DNA of 59,207 nucleotides from the NCBI GenBank assembly GCA_013202895.1, contig JABMPR010000256.1, positions 1 through 59,207 of the forward strand. The letters run 5' to 3'. Shown piece by piece: positions 1 through 9,927 of the stretch. The position numbers were made by a program, and so were the translations under genes. The notes beneath the pieces were generated by a model, which worked only from the letters and a program-made list of their open reading frames with translations, was not told where the DNA came from and searched no databases. Origin of the DNA: a bacterium. GTDB lineage: Bacteria > Fidelibacterota > UBA8477 > JABMPR01. The first letter of the stretch is position 1; every line of letters begins with the position of its first letter.

Positions 1-39
1 ATGTGAACCGAGCGCTCTAACCAACTGAGCCAATCGACC
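1..39 (-). tRNA. Partial tRNA (5' half, cut by the window edge); anticodon reads CAC (Val)
   Basis: The minus strand reads GGTCGAT-TG-GCTC-AGTTGGTTA-GAGC-G-CTCGG-TTCACAT. That is an acceptor 5' arm, a canonical D stem-loop, an anticodon-stem 5' arm and a 7-nt loop. The 3' half lies outside the window, so the fold cannot be completed. Confidence 0.55.
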
Positions 40-141
40 AATCGGCAGGAATATAACGAATGATAATTGAATATCGATTATAGAATGATTTTTGAGCTCT
101 GGTTTCGCAAGCCTCGAACTGAGTTATTAATTGGTTTCGAA

Positions 142-726
142 TCACAGAAAATCAATCCAGGCGCTTCTAATCATCTCAATCGCCAGAGCAACGAGCAGAA
201 GACCCATTATGCGACTCATTATCTCCAAACCCTGTTCACCAATAAATTTCCTGATATATCTGGCATAGTACATCGTTGCCCAAAAAATCAACAGATTTAC
301 TAACATCGCAGCTAAAGGAACCCACAGACCATATCTGGAGACCAGCAGTATGATCGCCGTTATCGCACCGGGGCCTGCTATAAGCGGTGTTGCCATGGGA
401 ATCACAATATCCTTTGAGTAGTCCTTGGCATCACCAATTGAAATGCCAAGCACATAGAGTAAACCCAATAGCAACAGAATGAGCCCACCACCTACTTGGA
501 ATGAGAATATGGAAATACTAAAAAAATCGAGTACTCCTTCTCCAATAAAGACAAATATCGTCAATAAAATTAAAGATACTCGTGCTGCACGATGAGCACT
601 ATGTTTGGCTCTATCCTCGGTGAAATCCTTTGTTAAAGTCATAAACACCGGTAAGCCACCAAAAGGATCCATGATTACCAGGAGTGTTACAAAAGCGTGC
701 GTGAAAGCATCAATATCCAAAATCAT
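142..726 (-). CDS. MarC/UPF0056 family integral membrane protein
   Basis: 194 aa and multi-TM. The N-terminal FVTLLVIMDPFGGLPVF motif is typical of the MarC family. Its start overlaps the aroB stop by 4 nt. Confidence 0.8.
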   Translation of the reverse strand: MILDIDAFTHAFVTLLVIMDPFGGLPVFMTLTKDFTEDRAKHSAHRAARVSLILLTIFVFIGEGVLDFFSISIFSFQVGGGLILLLLGLLYVLGISIGDAKDYSKDIVIPMATPLIAGPGAITAIILLVSRYGLWVPLAAMLVNLLIFWATMYYARYIRKFIGEQGLEIMSRIMGLLLVALAIEMIRSAWIDFL

Positions 727-1838
727 CCGATCTCCCTCCAGGCTTTAGTGATTGATTCAATCGCCAGTTTGATCATTAATTTCGGTATGCCGGTCTGCAT
801 ATGTGCTTCACCTAAACTTTTCAGTAGAACGAAATTCAGCTGAGTTTTATCTACCTTTTTATCCAGACGGGTTGTCTGTTCAACAGCTATGGGATCCAGC
901 TCATCAAACGCAACCTGAATTGGGATATGCACTAACAATTCAGAGAGTTTTTTCCATTCCTCTGCAGAAAACTGCCCGACCTGATTCGATAGCCAGCCTG
1001 CACCATACATCCCCAGAATAACAGCCTCGCCATGTCTAATCTTACCATAACCTAATGTGGTCTCTATTGCATGTCCCAGTGTATGTCCAAAATTCAAAAT
1101 CCGCCTGAGATCGGATTCTTTCTCATCTGCAATGACAACTTCAGCTTTCAATTCACAGCTACGGACGATAGCCTGGATTATCTTTTCATTGGCTTTTGAT
1201 CCCAACAACACATCCATATTGGTGATTAAAAAATCCAGATAATCCCGATCCCGGATGAGACCCATCTTCAACATTTCCGCAAACCCGGATACTCTATCTC
1301 GCTGGTCCAGACTGCTCAAGACCTCAACATCCATTAAAACCAGATCTGGTTGATAAAAACTTCCAACTAAATTTTTTCCGGCACTGTGATTCACACCAGT
1401 CTTGCCTCCAACTGCTGCATCTACCATGGCAAGCAGCGTTGTGGGAATATGAACCAAGCCAACCCCACGATACAGAACACTTGCTACAAAACCACCCAGG
1501 TCAGTGGTTACGCCACCCCCCAGTGTGATAATTGTCCCACTGCGTTCCATCCCCTGTGCAATCAGGGCTGAGATAACCTGCTCGGCGCTAGCCAGAGTTT
1601 TATATTCTTCCCCGTCGGGTATCAAGATTGTACGGGTCACGTATCCTGCTGATTGCAGACTGCGCCGCAAAGGATCCCCGTAAAGATTATTTATTTTATT
1701 GTTGCTGATAATACCTATTGGACCATTTACCTCGATAGCTATCAGGTGATCGGCAACCTCAGACAGCAGCCCCTTACCGACAAGGATCTCATATTGTCCA
1801 CTCTGGTGGGTGATTTTCAGTTGGGAAAGCTCAGACAT
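723..1838 (-). CDS. aroB: 3-dehydroquinate synthase
   Basis: 371 aa. Carries GGGVTTDLGGF, the NFGHTLGHAIE metal-site motif and KxGxN. It sits in the aro operon and overlaps aroK by 8 nt. Confidence 0.9.
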   Translation of the reverse strand: MSELSQLKITHQSGQYEILVGKGLLSEVADHLIAIEVNGPIGIISNNKINNLYGDPLRRSLQSAGYVTRTILIPDGEEYKTLASAEQVISALIAQGMERSGTIITLGGGVTTDLGGFVASVLYRGVGLVHIPTTLLAMVDAAVGGKTGVNHSAGKNLVGSFYQPDLVLMDVEVLSSLDQRDRVSGFAEMLKMGLIRDRDYLDFLITNMDVLLGSKANEKIIQAIVRSCELKAEVVIADEKESDLRRILNFGHTLGHAIETTLGYGKIRHGEAVILGMYGAGWLSNQVGQFSAEEWKKLSELLVHIPIQVAFDELDPIAVEQTTRLDKKVDKTQLNFVLLKSLGEAHMQTGIPKLMIKLAIESITKAWREIG

Positions 1839-2367
1839 GAACTCGTTCTAATTCTCCCAATATGTTACTCGCTATAATTTCCGGGGGGAAACCGCCACTG
1901 TTGATACGAATTTTTGCCACTTTTGTATATGCCTCACGGCGAGCAATCAGGATATTATTCAATTGCGACATGGCGTCCTCAGTCTCTTTTAGCAAGGGAC
2001 GATTACCCGAATGTTCGATACGAGCTAGCGCTTCCGCAGGAGATAAATCCAACCACACAACAAGCTCATGAGCTAAGAAATTCAAGTTTTTTTGTCGAGT
2101 AACCACGCCACCACCGCAGCAGATAACAGCTCGGTTTTTGTGCGCGGTTTCCATCATAATCTGCTCCTCATAATCACGGAATCCTGTTTCACCTTCCTCT
2201 GCAAAAATTGTCGAAATACTCTTTCCGGTCAGCGCTTCAATCTCCAAATCCGTATCAACCAATTGCCAATCAAGTGTTGTCGCCAAAATTCTGCCTACAG
2301 TGCTTTTCCCAGCACCCATGATCCCAATTAAATACACGCGCGTAATACTAGCTGCCGACATATTCAT
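1831..2367 (-). CDS. aroK: Shikimate kinase
   Basis: 178 aa. Carries the Walker A motif GIMGAGKSTVGR and the CGGGVV lid motif. It overlaps the aroC stop by 4 nt. Confidence 0.9.
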   Translation of the reverse strand: MNMSAASITRVYLIGIMGAGKSTVGRILATTLDWQLVDTDLEIEALTGKSISTIFAEEGETGFRDYEEQIMMETAHKNRAVICCGGGVVTRQKNLNFLAHELVVWLDLSPAEALARIEHSGNRPLLKETEDAMSQLNNILIARREAYTKVAKIRINSGGFPPEIIASNILGELERVHV

Positions 2368-3524
2368 GGTTTAATAGCTGTTTCTGCCATGTGAGCTTTG
2401 ACCTGCTCCAGAGAGTCTCCCCCAAACTTTTCAAGAAGGGCATCCGTAAGGATCAGGGCCAGCATGGCTTCTCCGATCACCGAAGCTGCTGGTACCGCAC
2501 AGGTATCGGTACGCTCTTTGTGAGCCACTCCAGGCTCGCGAGTTTTGATGTCTACCGAGCGCAGAGGACGAGCCAGAGTTGGAATCGGTTTCATGGTCAC
2601 CTGTACGCGGATCAGCTCCCCGTTGGACATCCCACCTTCTATCCCTCCGGCGTGATTACTGGCACGGCGGATCGATTCACCTTCTTTCACAATCTCATCA
2701 TGAGATTGTGATCCCGGTGCTTCCGCCACATTTAATCCATCGCCAATATTGACCCCTTTCATGGCATTGATGGACATCATTGCTGCAGCAATTCTAGCAT
2801 CCAGCTTACGATCCCAATGGGTATAGGATCCAAGCCCAACTGGCAAACCAGAAGCCAGTATTTCGAACACGCCACCAACAGAATCACCCTGGCTTCGAAG
2901 CGTATCAATATGCTTGATCATCTTTTGTGATGCGTCCTCGCTGAGACAACGAACTGCGGAGTTGTCCGCTTTGGAATTTAATACGCGTAAATCAGTTATC
3001 TCCTCTGGTGTAAATTTTTCTGAACCTATCTGGAGGACATGACTGGCAATCTCAATTCCCAATTCCCTTAGAAATACGCGACAAACTGCTCCAAGTGCCA
3101 CTCGCATTGCAGTTTCACGTGCTGAAGAGCGCTCCAATACATTTCGGATATCGGTGAAACCAAATTTCTGGACTCCAGCCAAGTCAGCGTGACCAGGTCT
3201 TGGAAGTGTTACTTCTTGTACAAGCGCATCGGGTTGCTTATGAGACATGCGTTCTTCTTTCCAGTTCTCCCAATCCTTATTCTGAATCCATAAGGCAATC
3301 GGCGATCCAAGGCTTAGACCATGACGCAAGCCACTTGTTATCTCAGCATGATCTTGCTCTATCTTCATCCGACCACCACGACCATGACCCATTTGTCGTC
3401 GAGCCAGATCTTGAGCGATAATATCTTCTGACAGGGGAACACCTGCGGGGAAGCCTTCCAGAATTCCTGAAAGTCCTTTTCCGTGAGATTCGCCTGCAGT
3501 TAGAAATTTTAGTCTATGCAGCAT
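2364..3524 (-). CDS. aroC: Chorismate synthase
   Basis: 386 aa. Carries the FLTAGESHG, SSARETA and GGIEGGMSNGE signature segments. Confidence 0.95.
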   Translation of the reverse strand: MLHRLKFLTAGESHGKGLSGILEGFPAGVPLSEDIIAQDLARRQMGHGRGGRMKIEQDHAEITSGLRHGLSLGSPIALWIQNKDWENWKEERMSHKQPDALVQEVTLPRPGHADLAGVQKFGFTDIRNVLERSSARETAMRVALGAVCRVFLRELGIEIASHVLQIGSEKFTPEEITDLRVLNSKADNSAVRCLSEDASQKMIKHIDTLRSQGDSVGGVFEILASGLPVGLGSYTHWDRKLDARIAAAMMSINAMKGVNIGDGLNVAEAPGSQSHDEIVKEGESIRRASNHAGGIEGGMSNGELIRVQVTMKPIPTLARPLRSVDIKTREPGVAHKERTDTCAVPAASVIGEAMLALILTDALLEKFGGDSLEQVKAHMAETAIKP

Positions 3525-3578
3525 GTTTGCGACTCACTGAATTAGCGTCTGATGCTTGTTTGTATTTGGGAGTTAACA

Positions 3579-4445
3579 TCACTCAAACTTACGTTTAAAC
3601 CCGGTGATTTTGTTGTGAACTGCCTCACGTAGCTCATTGATTTTAATTTGGCTCCAATTTTGTGGTCCAAACCAGATATCCACCGAAGCCATCGCCTGAT
3701 AGAGGTACATATCCAACCCGGATACGGTTTGACAATCAGAAAATACTGCCTCAGAAAGCAATCGTGTATTCAAAGGGCTGAAAATAGTATCGATCACCAC
3801 ATCAACGGATGCCAGGATATCGCCATCTAAAGGAGTTTCCCTGGTATTAGGTTTCATGCCTATGGGAGTGCAGTTCACCAAACAAAATGATTCTTCAATG
3901 GGTTCAACGGCACTGGCATCCCAGGCACAACCTGACAACTTCATTCCCTCAGTCGAGGACTCAAGATCCTTGATCATGATTTTGGCGCGTTTTGGATCAC
4001 GAGCAATAACTGTAGCTTTTTCAGCACCAACCCGTGCCAGTCCAAAACAGATAGCGCGAGCAGCACCCCCACTACCCAGCACAACTACTTTTTTGCCGGA
4101 CAAATCAACTTTTGCTGCTTCAAGCGATTTTACAAAACCATACCAGTCCGTATTGTAGCCAGTAAGCTTCCCTGCATGACGCCGGACACAGTTCACGGCG
4201 CCAATCGGTGCGGTACGATCATTAATTTCATCCAGATATGGTATAATGGTGGACTTATGGGGTATGGTTACATTAAACCCATCCAATTTTTTAGCCGTCG
4301 GCAAACCGACCCAACGTTCAAGATCGCTTTGCGGAACCTTGATTTTCTTAAATGCTGCTTCCAGGCCAAGTTTTTCATAGATCCACTCATGCATGAAATC
4401 ACTAACACTTTGTCTGATGGGATCACCAATGACTGCTAATTTCAC
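3579..4445 (-). CDS. aroE: Shikimate 5-dehydrogenase
   Basis: 288 aa. Carries NVTIPHK and the GSGGAARA Rossmann motif. Confidence 0.9.
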   Translation of the reverse strand: MKLAVIGDPIRQSVSDFMHEWIYEKLGLEAAFKKIKVPQSDLERWVGLPTAKKLDGFNVTIPHKSTIIPYLDEINDRTAPIGAVNCVRRHAGKLTGYNTDWYGFVKSLEAAKVDLSGKKVVVLGSGGAARAICFGLARVGAEKATVIARDPKRAKIMIKDLESSTEGMKLSGCAWDASAVEPIEESFCLVNCTPIGMKPNTRETPLDGDILASVDVVIDTIFSPLNTRLLSEAVFSDCQTVSGLDMYLYQAMASVDIWFGPQNWSQIKINELREAVHNKITGFKRKFE

Positions 4446-4540
4446 TTTTTACTCCTGCCTTCTTGGCATATTCAATTCTTGCATATTATCTATTCCCATT
4501 TACCACGCAAAGGATATTAACTTTTATATCTTATAACTCT

Positions 4541-5800
4541 TCAGCTCGATATGTTTCGAAGCTCTTCAAAGAAGCCGGGGTGTGAAATATCGACACAGGT
4601 AGAATTATCTAACACAGCAGGCAGTTTGCTAATCAGGCCTGCAACACCCATTGTCATGGCTATTCGATGGTCCTTGAAAGTTTTTACAGCGCCACCTCTC
4701 AATGTGGTGGGTCCTTCAATACTGAAGCCATCCTCGCTTTCAAATATTTTGGATCCCCAGGCACTCATATTGCTTACGATGGAAGTGATTCGGTCAGATT
4801 CTTTAACCCTCAATTCTGCTGCTCCTCTCACGATGGTTTCACCCTTCGCTTGACTCGCCAGCAATGCGATTAGCGGCAGTTCATCAATCAGATTTGGGAT
4901 ATGTTCTGGGTGAATTCGAATACTTTTTAAATTTGAAGAACGAATTCGTAAATCGGCGACTGCCTCCCCAAAATGCTTTTCTTTATTGGCAATCGTAATA
5001 TTTGCTCCCATTTCTTGAACCGCGTGCAGGAATGCGATTCGCGTTGGATTGATACCAACCTTGCGAATAATTAAATCTGAATCTGGAACCAATAGGGCTG
5101 CCGTAATAAAAAAAGCTGCCGCAGAAAAATCACCTGGGATAGTCAGATCAACAGCCTTCAGGGGTTTGGTCAAGGGTTTTATTGAAACCTGTCTTCCTTT
5201 AACGGTCACCCTGGCTCCCATAGCCTTTAGCAACTGTTCGGTATGATCCCGACTATAGGCTGGCGATTTCACCGTTGTCTGGCCCCTGGCATGTAGACCG
5301 GCTAACAGAATTGCCGATTTGACTTGAGCACTGGCATAGGGGAGTTCATAATCCAGCGCCCATAAATCACGACCACTTAACATAACAGGCAAATACTTAC
5401 GATCCCGGGCTGATACGTTTGCCCCCATCTGCTGCAAGGGGCGAAAAACTCGATCCATGGGTCGTTTGTGAAGTGAATCATCTCCATTGAATTGAACATG
5501 AATTGGATGGGCTGCCAATAAACCGAGCATCAAGCGAGTGGTTGTACCTGAGTTTCCGCAATACAGTGGATGTTCTGGCTGACGAAAGGGTCTTAGACCT
5601 CCCCCCTGAACTTCTACAACTGATTTTTTTTCTGTGATCTCTATCCCACAATTGCTGAGGGCGGTTTGGGTGGTTTTTAAATCAGCTCCTGGATTTAAAT
5701 TCTCAAGCCTGCTGAGACCATCCCCGAGAGCTGAGAACATCAGTGCGCGATGGCTGATTGATTTGTCACCTGGTAATGTTATCTCACCCTGTACTGACAT
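4541..5800 (-). CDS. aroA: 3-phosphoshikimate 1-carboxyvinyltransferase (EPSP synthase)
   Basis: 419 aa. Carries the LPGDKSISHR, GNSGTTTRL and DHRIAM motifs. Confidence 0.95.
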   Translation of the reverse strand: MSVQGEITLPGDKSISHRALMFSALGDGLSRLENLNPGADLKTTQTALSNCGIEITEKKSVVEVQGGGLRPFRQPEHPLYCGNSGTTTRLMLGLLAAHPIHVQFNGDDSLHKRPMDRVFRPLQQMGANVSARDRKYLPVMLSGRDLWALDYELPYASAQVKSAILLAGLHARGQTTVKSPAYSRDHTEQLLKAMGARVTVKGRQVSIKPLTKPLKAVDLTIPGDFSAAAFFITAALLVPDSDLIIRKVGINPTRIAFLHAVQEMGANITIANKEKHFGEAVADLRIRSSNLKSIRIHPEHIPNLIDELPLIALLASQAKGETIVRGAAELRVKESDRITSIVSNMSAWGSKIFESEDGFSIEGPTTLRGGAVKTFKDHRIAMTMGVAGLISKLPAVLDNSTCVDISHPGFFEELRNISS

Positions 5801-5820
5801 AAGACGATCCTCTTTTTGGG

Positions 5821-6837
5821 TCAGTCCAGCCTTTTCCCTACCGCTTCTGCAACCATGCGCGTACGATCCACCAAATCCTTAAAATCAGCCGGCACTAATT
5901 GTTGAGGACCGTCGCTTAGCGCTTCTTCTGGATTGGGATGAACTTCAATCATAATACCATGTGCTCCGGCTGCTACACCGGCAAGAGCCAGGGGAAGCAC
6001 TTTGTGTCGTTTACCCGCAGCGTGGCTGGGATCAACAATAACTGGAAGATGTGACAGGCGCTGGAAAGCTGGTATCGCGCTTACATCCAATGTATTTCGG
6101 GTATGATCCACAAAGGTACGAATGCCCCGTTCACACAGGGTCACTTGTTCATTCCCTTCGTTGAGAATGTATTCGGCCGCTAGAATAGTTTCCTTAACCG
6201 TGGCTGACATTCCTCTCTTTAGCAAAATTGGTTTGCCTGTACGAGCAGCTTCCTTTAATAAGGTGTAATTCTGCATGTTGCGGGTTCCGATCTGCAGCAT
6301 ATCAGTATATTCGGCTGTCATCTCCAAAACCTCTGTGTCGATAACTTCAGTGACCGTTGGGAGGTTGACTTCTAAACCCACCTGTTTGAGTATTTTGAGG
6401 CCCTCTTCGCCAAGTCCCTGGAAAGAATAGGGTGAGGTTCGCGGTTTGAACGCACCTCCTCGAAGGATATGCCCTCCAGCACTCTTAACAGCCTCACCAA
6501 CAATTTTGGTCTGCTCATATGATTCGATTGAGCATGGACCTGCAATCACTGAAACCTTATTCCCACCAATACTGGTGTTTCCCACTTTTACAATTGTGTC
6601 CTGGGGTTGCCATTCGCGTGAGGCGAGCTTATAAGGCGTGCTGATATCGAGGACATCGGATACTTCAGGTAGGGCTTGAAGATGTTGTTTTCCACGGAGT
6701 GGTTTAGGCCCTATAACCCCTATTAGAGTTCGGGATTCACCAGGAGCGGGTCGGGGAATGTACCCCAACTTTTCAATTTCAAATTGAACTCTATCAATAG
6801 CTGCCTGTGAGGCATTTACTTTCATTATGACGATCAT
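5821..6837 (-). CDS. 3-deoxy-7-phosphoheptulonate (DAHP) synthase, type I-beta, with an N-terminal ferredoxin-like regulatory domain
   Basis: 338 aa. The N-terminal ~70 aa (MIVIMKVNAS...RTLIGVIG) resemble the Thermotoga-type regulatory domain. The barrel carries IAGPCSIES, GAFKPRTSPYSFQG and DPSHA. Confidence 0.9.
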   Translation of the reverse strand: MIVIMKVNASQAAIDRVQFEIEKLGYIPRPAPGESRTLIGVIGPKPLRGKQHLQALPEVSDVLDISTPYKLASREWQPQDTIVKVGNTSIGGNKVSVIAGPCSIESYEQTKIVGEAVKSAGGHILRGGAFKPRTSPYSFQGLGEEGLKILKQVGLEVNLPTVTEVIDTEVLEMTAEYTDMLQIGTRNMQNYTLLKEAARTGKPILLKRGMSATVKETILAAEYILNEGNEQVTLCERGIRTFVDHTRNTLDVSAIPAFQRLSHLPVIVDPSHAAGKRHKVLPLALAGVAAGAHGIMIEVHPNPEEALSDGPQQLVPADFKDLVDRTRMVAEAVGKRLD

Positions 6838-6895
6838 TGGAAGATGTCCTTCTTCATGGGCTTGTAAGGTTTTATGTTAGTTATCAAATTGCAAC

Positions 6896-8221
6896 TTAAA
6901 TCGGGTTCCCAGTTCTCTCAACAACCAGAAATAAGGTTTTATTGTCTTTAAGATCCTGAACTCCGTATTTCTTAACTTCCAGGCCATAAATCTCGGCTGC
7001 CCTGGCCGGAGCTATCACTGCGGTTGTCTCAGAGTATTCTCCGGCATTTAGGAGTCTGGCCGCTTCTGCCGTATCTTCGGCTTCAAAATGGGGGATATGT
7101 GAATAGTTATCTTTCAGAAATCGTGAACACTGTTTCAAAGCCTGTGGATGAGATCTAAGCTCTGTAATCTGATCTTCAGTCACATCCGGTTTTGTAATGA
7201 GACATTGATTGACCTGGATATGAAACATCGAGCGGACTTTGCAGCGAGCTTTTGCGAGAGCATGAATACTCTCATGTACTACACCACCGCGGGCGTTTTC
7301 CATAGCAAGAATACCACGATCAATTGCATAAGTTGCCAGGCTGTCCATAACTCCGCGACTACTCATACACGGCTTGATATCAATCGCTCCAAGTTTTTCC
7401 TCTTCGATATAATTGCGGGCGGCTTCCTCTGAGAAACTTCCTGGAATTCCTTGATACCCTATGATTTCTGGAGGAGAATCCGGGCGGAAGATACTGGCTT
7501 TCACGGCATGTACCGAACGTGAAAAAGCGGTGAGCATCTTGGCAGTATAGGGATTGTAAAATTGCAGATCATGAAAGAGCTCTTCGGTATCCTGGCATGT
7601 CTGCTCTACTACATGATGAACTTGTCGAAACCCATGGGTATCAACTTCTGTAGGTTGAATTTTCATCCCATTCATTACCCGACCCATAAAATGGGTGATG
7701 CCCTGCGAGCGGGCTGCCTGGCGATCGTGTTCCTCCACACTTATGTCTATGATGCGGCAACCCCAGGATTGAAAAATGTTTCTCCAGTTTGCTTCACGCT
7801 TTGGATCTATCCGTGATGGACAGAAGACCAAACGCAGGTCACGATCACGTTGATAGGAGTCTGGACCAAACATTGGGTGGGTATTAAGTATCTGGACTGA
7901 TTCTGGTAAAGCATTCAGCATCCAATCACGGATACGTGTCTTCACCGATGCCACATCAATAAAAAGTTGTCCCGGATGGCATAAATCTGAAATTTTCTCT
8001 AAAAGACCCGGCATGCGGCTGATTGGAATGGCAATGAACACTGTTTCCTGCTGCATAACGCTCGTCAGATCACTCCAGGTGTACCCAAGGGCTTTAACAG
8101 ATTCAGATAGATCGCGTTCATCACTGATAACGAGGTCAAAATCTTTTGTCAATAATTCTGCCAGAAGGGCGCCAAAACGACCAAACCCAATAATACCGAT
8201 TGTTTGTCTCGTGTGGTTCAA
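6896..8221 (-). CDS. Fusion of prephenate/arogenate dehydrogenase (N-terminal) and prephenate dehydratase (C-terminal); no ACT domain
   Basis: 441 aa. The N-terminal half has the IGIIGFGRFG Rossmann motif, HPMFGP and EHDRQAARSQGITHF (TyrA family). From about aa 255, IIGYQGIPGSFSEEAA runs to NKTLFLVV (PDT domain). The protein stops right after that, where an ACT domain normally follows. Confidence 0.8.
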   Translation of the reverse strand: MNHTRQTIGIIGFGRFGALLAELLTKDFDLVISDERDLSESVKALGYTWSDLTSVMQQETVFIAIPISRMPGLLEKISDLCHPGQLFIDVASVKTRIRDWMLNALPESVQILNTHPMFGPDSYQRDRDLRLVFCPSRIDPKREANWRNIFQSWGCRIIDISVEEHDRQAARSQGITHFMGRVMNGMKIQPTEVDTHGFRQVHHVVEQTCQDTEELFHDLQFYNPYTAKMLTAFSRSVHAVKASIFRPDSPPEIIGYQGIPGSFSEEAARNYIEEEKLGAIDIKPCMSSRGVMDSLATYAIDRGILAMENARGGVVHESIHALAKARCKVRSMFHIQVNQCLITKPDVTEDQITELRSHPQALKQCSRFLKDNYSHIPHFEAEDTAEAARLLNAGEYSETTAVIAPARAAEIYGLEVKKYGVQDLKDNKTLFLVVERTGNPI

Positions 8222-8545
8222 TTTATTTCAATCCTTCATTCCAATATTTAGGCCGTGCTTTCAATGTTTCAATCTGAGCCCTTCGATAAACTCGGGATAC
8301 GCTGCTCGAAAAATTTTGATCCTTTGGGGGCAAAAAAAACCCCCATCAAATGACAGGGGCGGTCGTATTCAAATATCGAATATTTTCCATCACCCTGATC
8401 GAATAAAAAAATAATATTTATAATTCCTTGTCATTACAGCATGAATATAGACTGCCCCGTGAGTCATTCAAAGTTGAATGGGAAGAAAATCGGTCACTTG
8501 GTCAAATGGTATATAATCTGTATATTCGATTGATCAGGATCAATT

Positions 8546-9352
8546 ATGCCCATGACCAATTTTACCCGCCCCGCAGCAGTTGCTGGTTCGTTTTATCCGG
8601 CGGATCCGGCTTTTCTACAAAAACAGCTTATTCAACTTCTAAGTGAAGCTACTTATAAGAGTGCACTTGTACCCAAGGCTATCATTGTCCCCCATGCTGG
8701 CTATATATATTCTGGTTCCATTGCATCTGCCGCTTACCGTAGTATTCAACAACACAATGACACGATCCGAAAGGTGATATTATTCGGCCCTGGACACAGA
8801 GTCGCAGTCCATGGTTTAGCCGTTCCTCGAGTCAATCAATTCCAGACGCCATTGGGTGATATTAATCTTGACCAAAAAACCATACGCGAATTGGTAGATA
8901 CCTTTACACAGGTCAGCTACTCTGATTTAGCACATTCAGAAGAACATTCTATTGAGGTCCAGCTTCCATTTTTGCAAACAGCTCTAGACAAATTCAGCCT
9001 CATTCCGTTGGTTGTTGGTGACGCAACCGAAATTGAAGTGGCTGCTGTCATTGAACACCTCTGGGGTGATGATGAAACACTTATCGTCATCTCGTCCGAT
9101 CTCAGTCATTTTCATAACTACGACAAAGCCGTCAGGGTGGATACAGAAACCGCTGAAATTATCGAGTCATTCAGGGGTATGGACCTATCTGAAAGATCTG
9201 CCTGTGGTCGTATTCCTATCAGTGGTATCCTACTAGTTGCTAGAAAAAAGAAAATGAATATCCAGCGCTTTGATCTACGGAATTCAGGCGATACCGCTGG
9301 AGATCGACAACGAGTCGTTGGATACGGAGCATGGGGATTGTTTCAAGCGTGA
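8546..9352 (+). CDS. amrB: AmmeMemoRadiSam system protein B (Memo-like)
   Basis: 268 aa. Carries RPAAVAGSFYPADP, VPHAGYIYSG and EHSIEVQLPFL, which are Memo family hallmarks. It is followed by AMMECR1 and radical SAM partner genes. Confidence 0.85.
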   Translation: MPMTNFTRPAAVAGSFYPADPAFLQKQLIQLLSEATYKSALVPKAIIVPHAGYIYSGSIASAAYRSIQQHNDTIRKVILFGPGHRVAVHGLAVPRVNQFQTPLGDINLDQKTIRELVDTFTQVSYSDLAHSEEHSIEVQLPFLQTALDKFSLIPLVVGDATEIEVAAVIEHLWGDDETLIVISSDLSHFHNYDKAVRVDTETAEIIESFRGMDLSERSACGRIPISGILLVARKKKMNIQRFDLRNSGDTAGDRQRVVGYGAWGLFQA

Positions 9353-9927
9353 GCCAGGACCTTTTCGACCCCTTGGAACAAGCTCAACTCCTTCAAATAG
9401 CTCGTTCCTCCGTAGAGTACGGACTAACACATGAGGAGGCATTACCTGTAAACCCCACAGAGTTTAGCCCTAATTTACAAGAACCGGGGGCAGCATTTGT
9501 TACACTGGAAACCCAGGGGCAATTGCGTGGTTGTATCGGTTCTGTGAAGGCCCGTCGTCCCCTGGTTATTGATGTGAGCAAAAATGCCTGGAATGCGGCT
9601 TTCCACGATACACGTTTTAAACCACTCAAGCGTTCAGAATTCAACGATCTGCACTTCGAAATCTCAATTCTAACTCATCCCAAACCCATGACATTCAGTT
9701 CAGAGGAGAACCTAAAACAGCAACTGGTTCCCGGTACAGATGGCCTGATCTTGAAGGACGGATATCGCCGTGGTCTTTTTCTTCCCTCAGTCTGGGAAAA
9801 ACTCCCTGATATCGATACCTTTCTTTCTCACCTGAAGCAAAAGGCTGGATTTCCCGACTCTTACTGGTCGGAGACACTTGAAGTAGAGCGCTTTTATAGT
9901 TTTGAATTTAGCGATGATGATTTCTGA
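9331..9927 (+). CDS. amrA: AmmeMemoRadiSam system protein A (AMMECR1 domain)
   Basis: 198 aa. Carries GAAFVTLETQGQLRGCIGS and LPSVWE, the AMMECR1 signatures. The listed start overlaps amrB by 22 nt, so the true start may be slightly downstream. Confidence 0.85.
   Translation: MGIVSSVSQDLFDPLEQAQLLQIARSSVEYGLTHEEALPVNPTEFSPNLQEPGAAFVTLETQGQLRGCIGSVKARRPLVIDVSKNAWNAAFHDTRFKPLKRSEFNDLHFEISILTHPKPMTFSSEENLKQQLVPGTDGLILKDGYRRGLFLPSVWEKLPDIDTFLSHLKQKAGFPDSYWSETLEVERFYSFEFSDDDF

Noticed and set aside
121-150. T-loop-like GGTTTCGAATC motif suggesting a second tRNA
   Set aside because: It has an extra base relative to the GGTTCGAATC consensus. No flanking acceptor or anticodon arms can be drawn.
8326-8390. 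Possible attenuator upstream of the aro operon: alternative GGGGG/CCCCC hairpins plus a 14-codon minus-strand leader ORF (MENIRYLNTTAPVI)
   Set aside because: The peptide has only one aromatic codon. The T-run sits in the hairpin loop rather than after the stem. The putative SD directly abuts the ATG. No convincing terminator/antiterminator pair is present.
8013-8414. 133-aa plus-strand ORF spanning the tyrA/PDT start and the intergenic region
   Set aside because: It is antisense to the Rossmann-fold N-terminus of a well-supported gene. Its Ser/Arg-rich composition suggests it is spurious.
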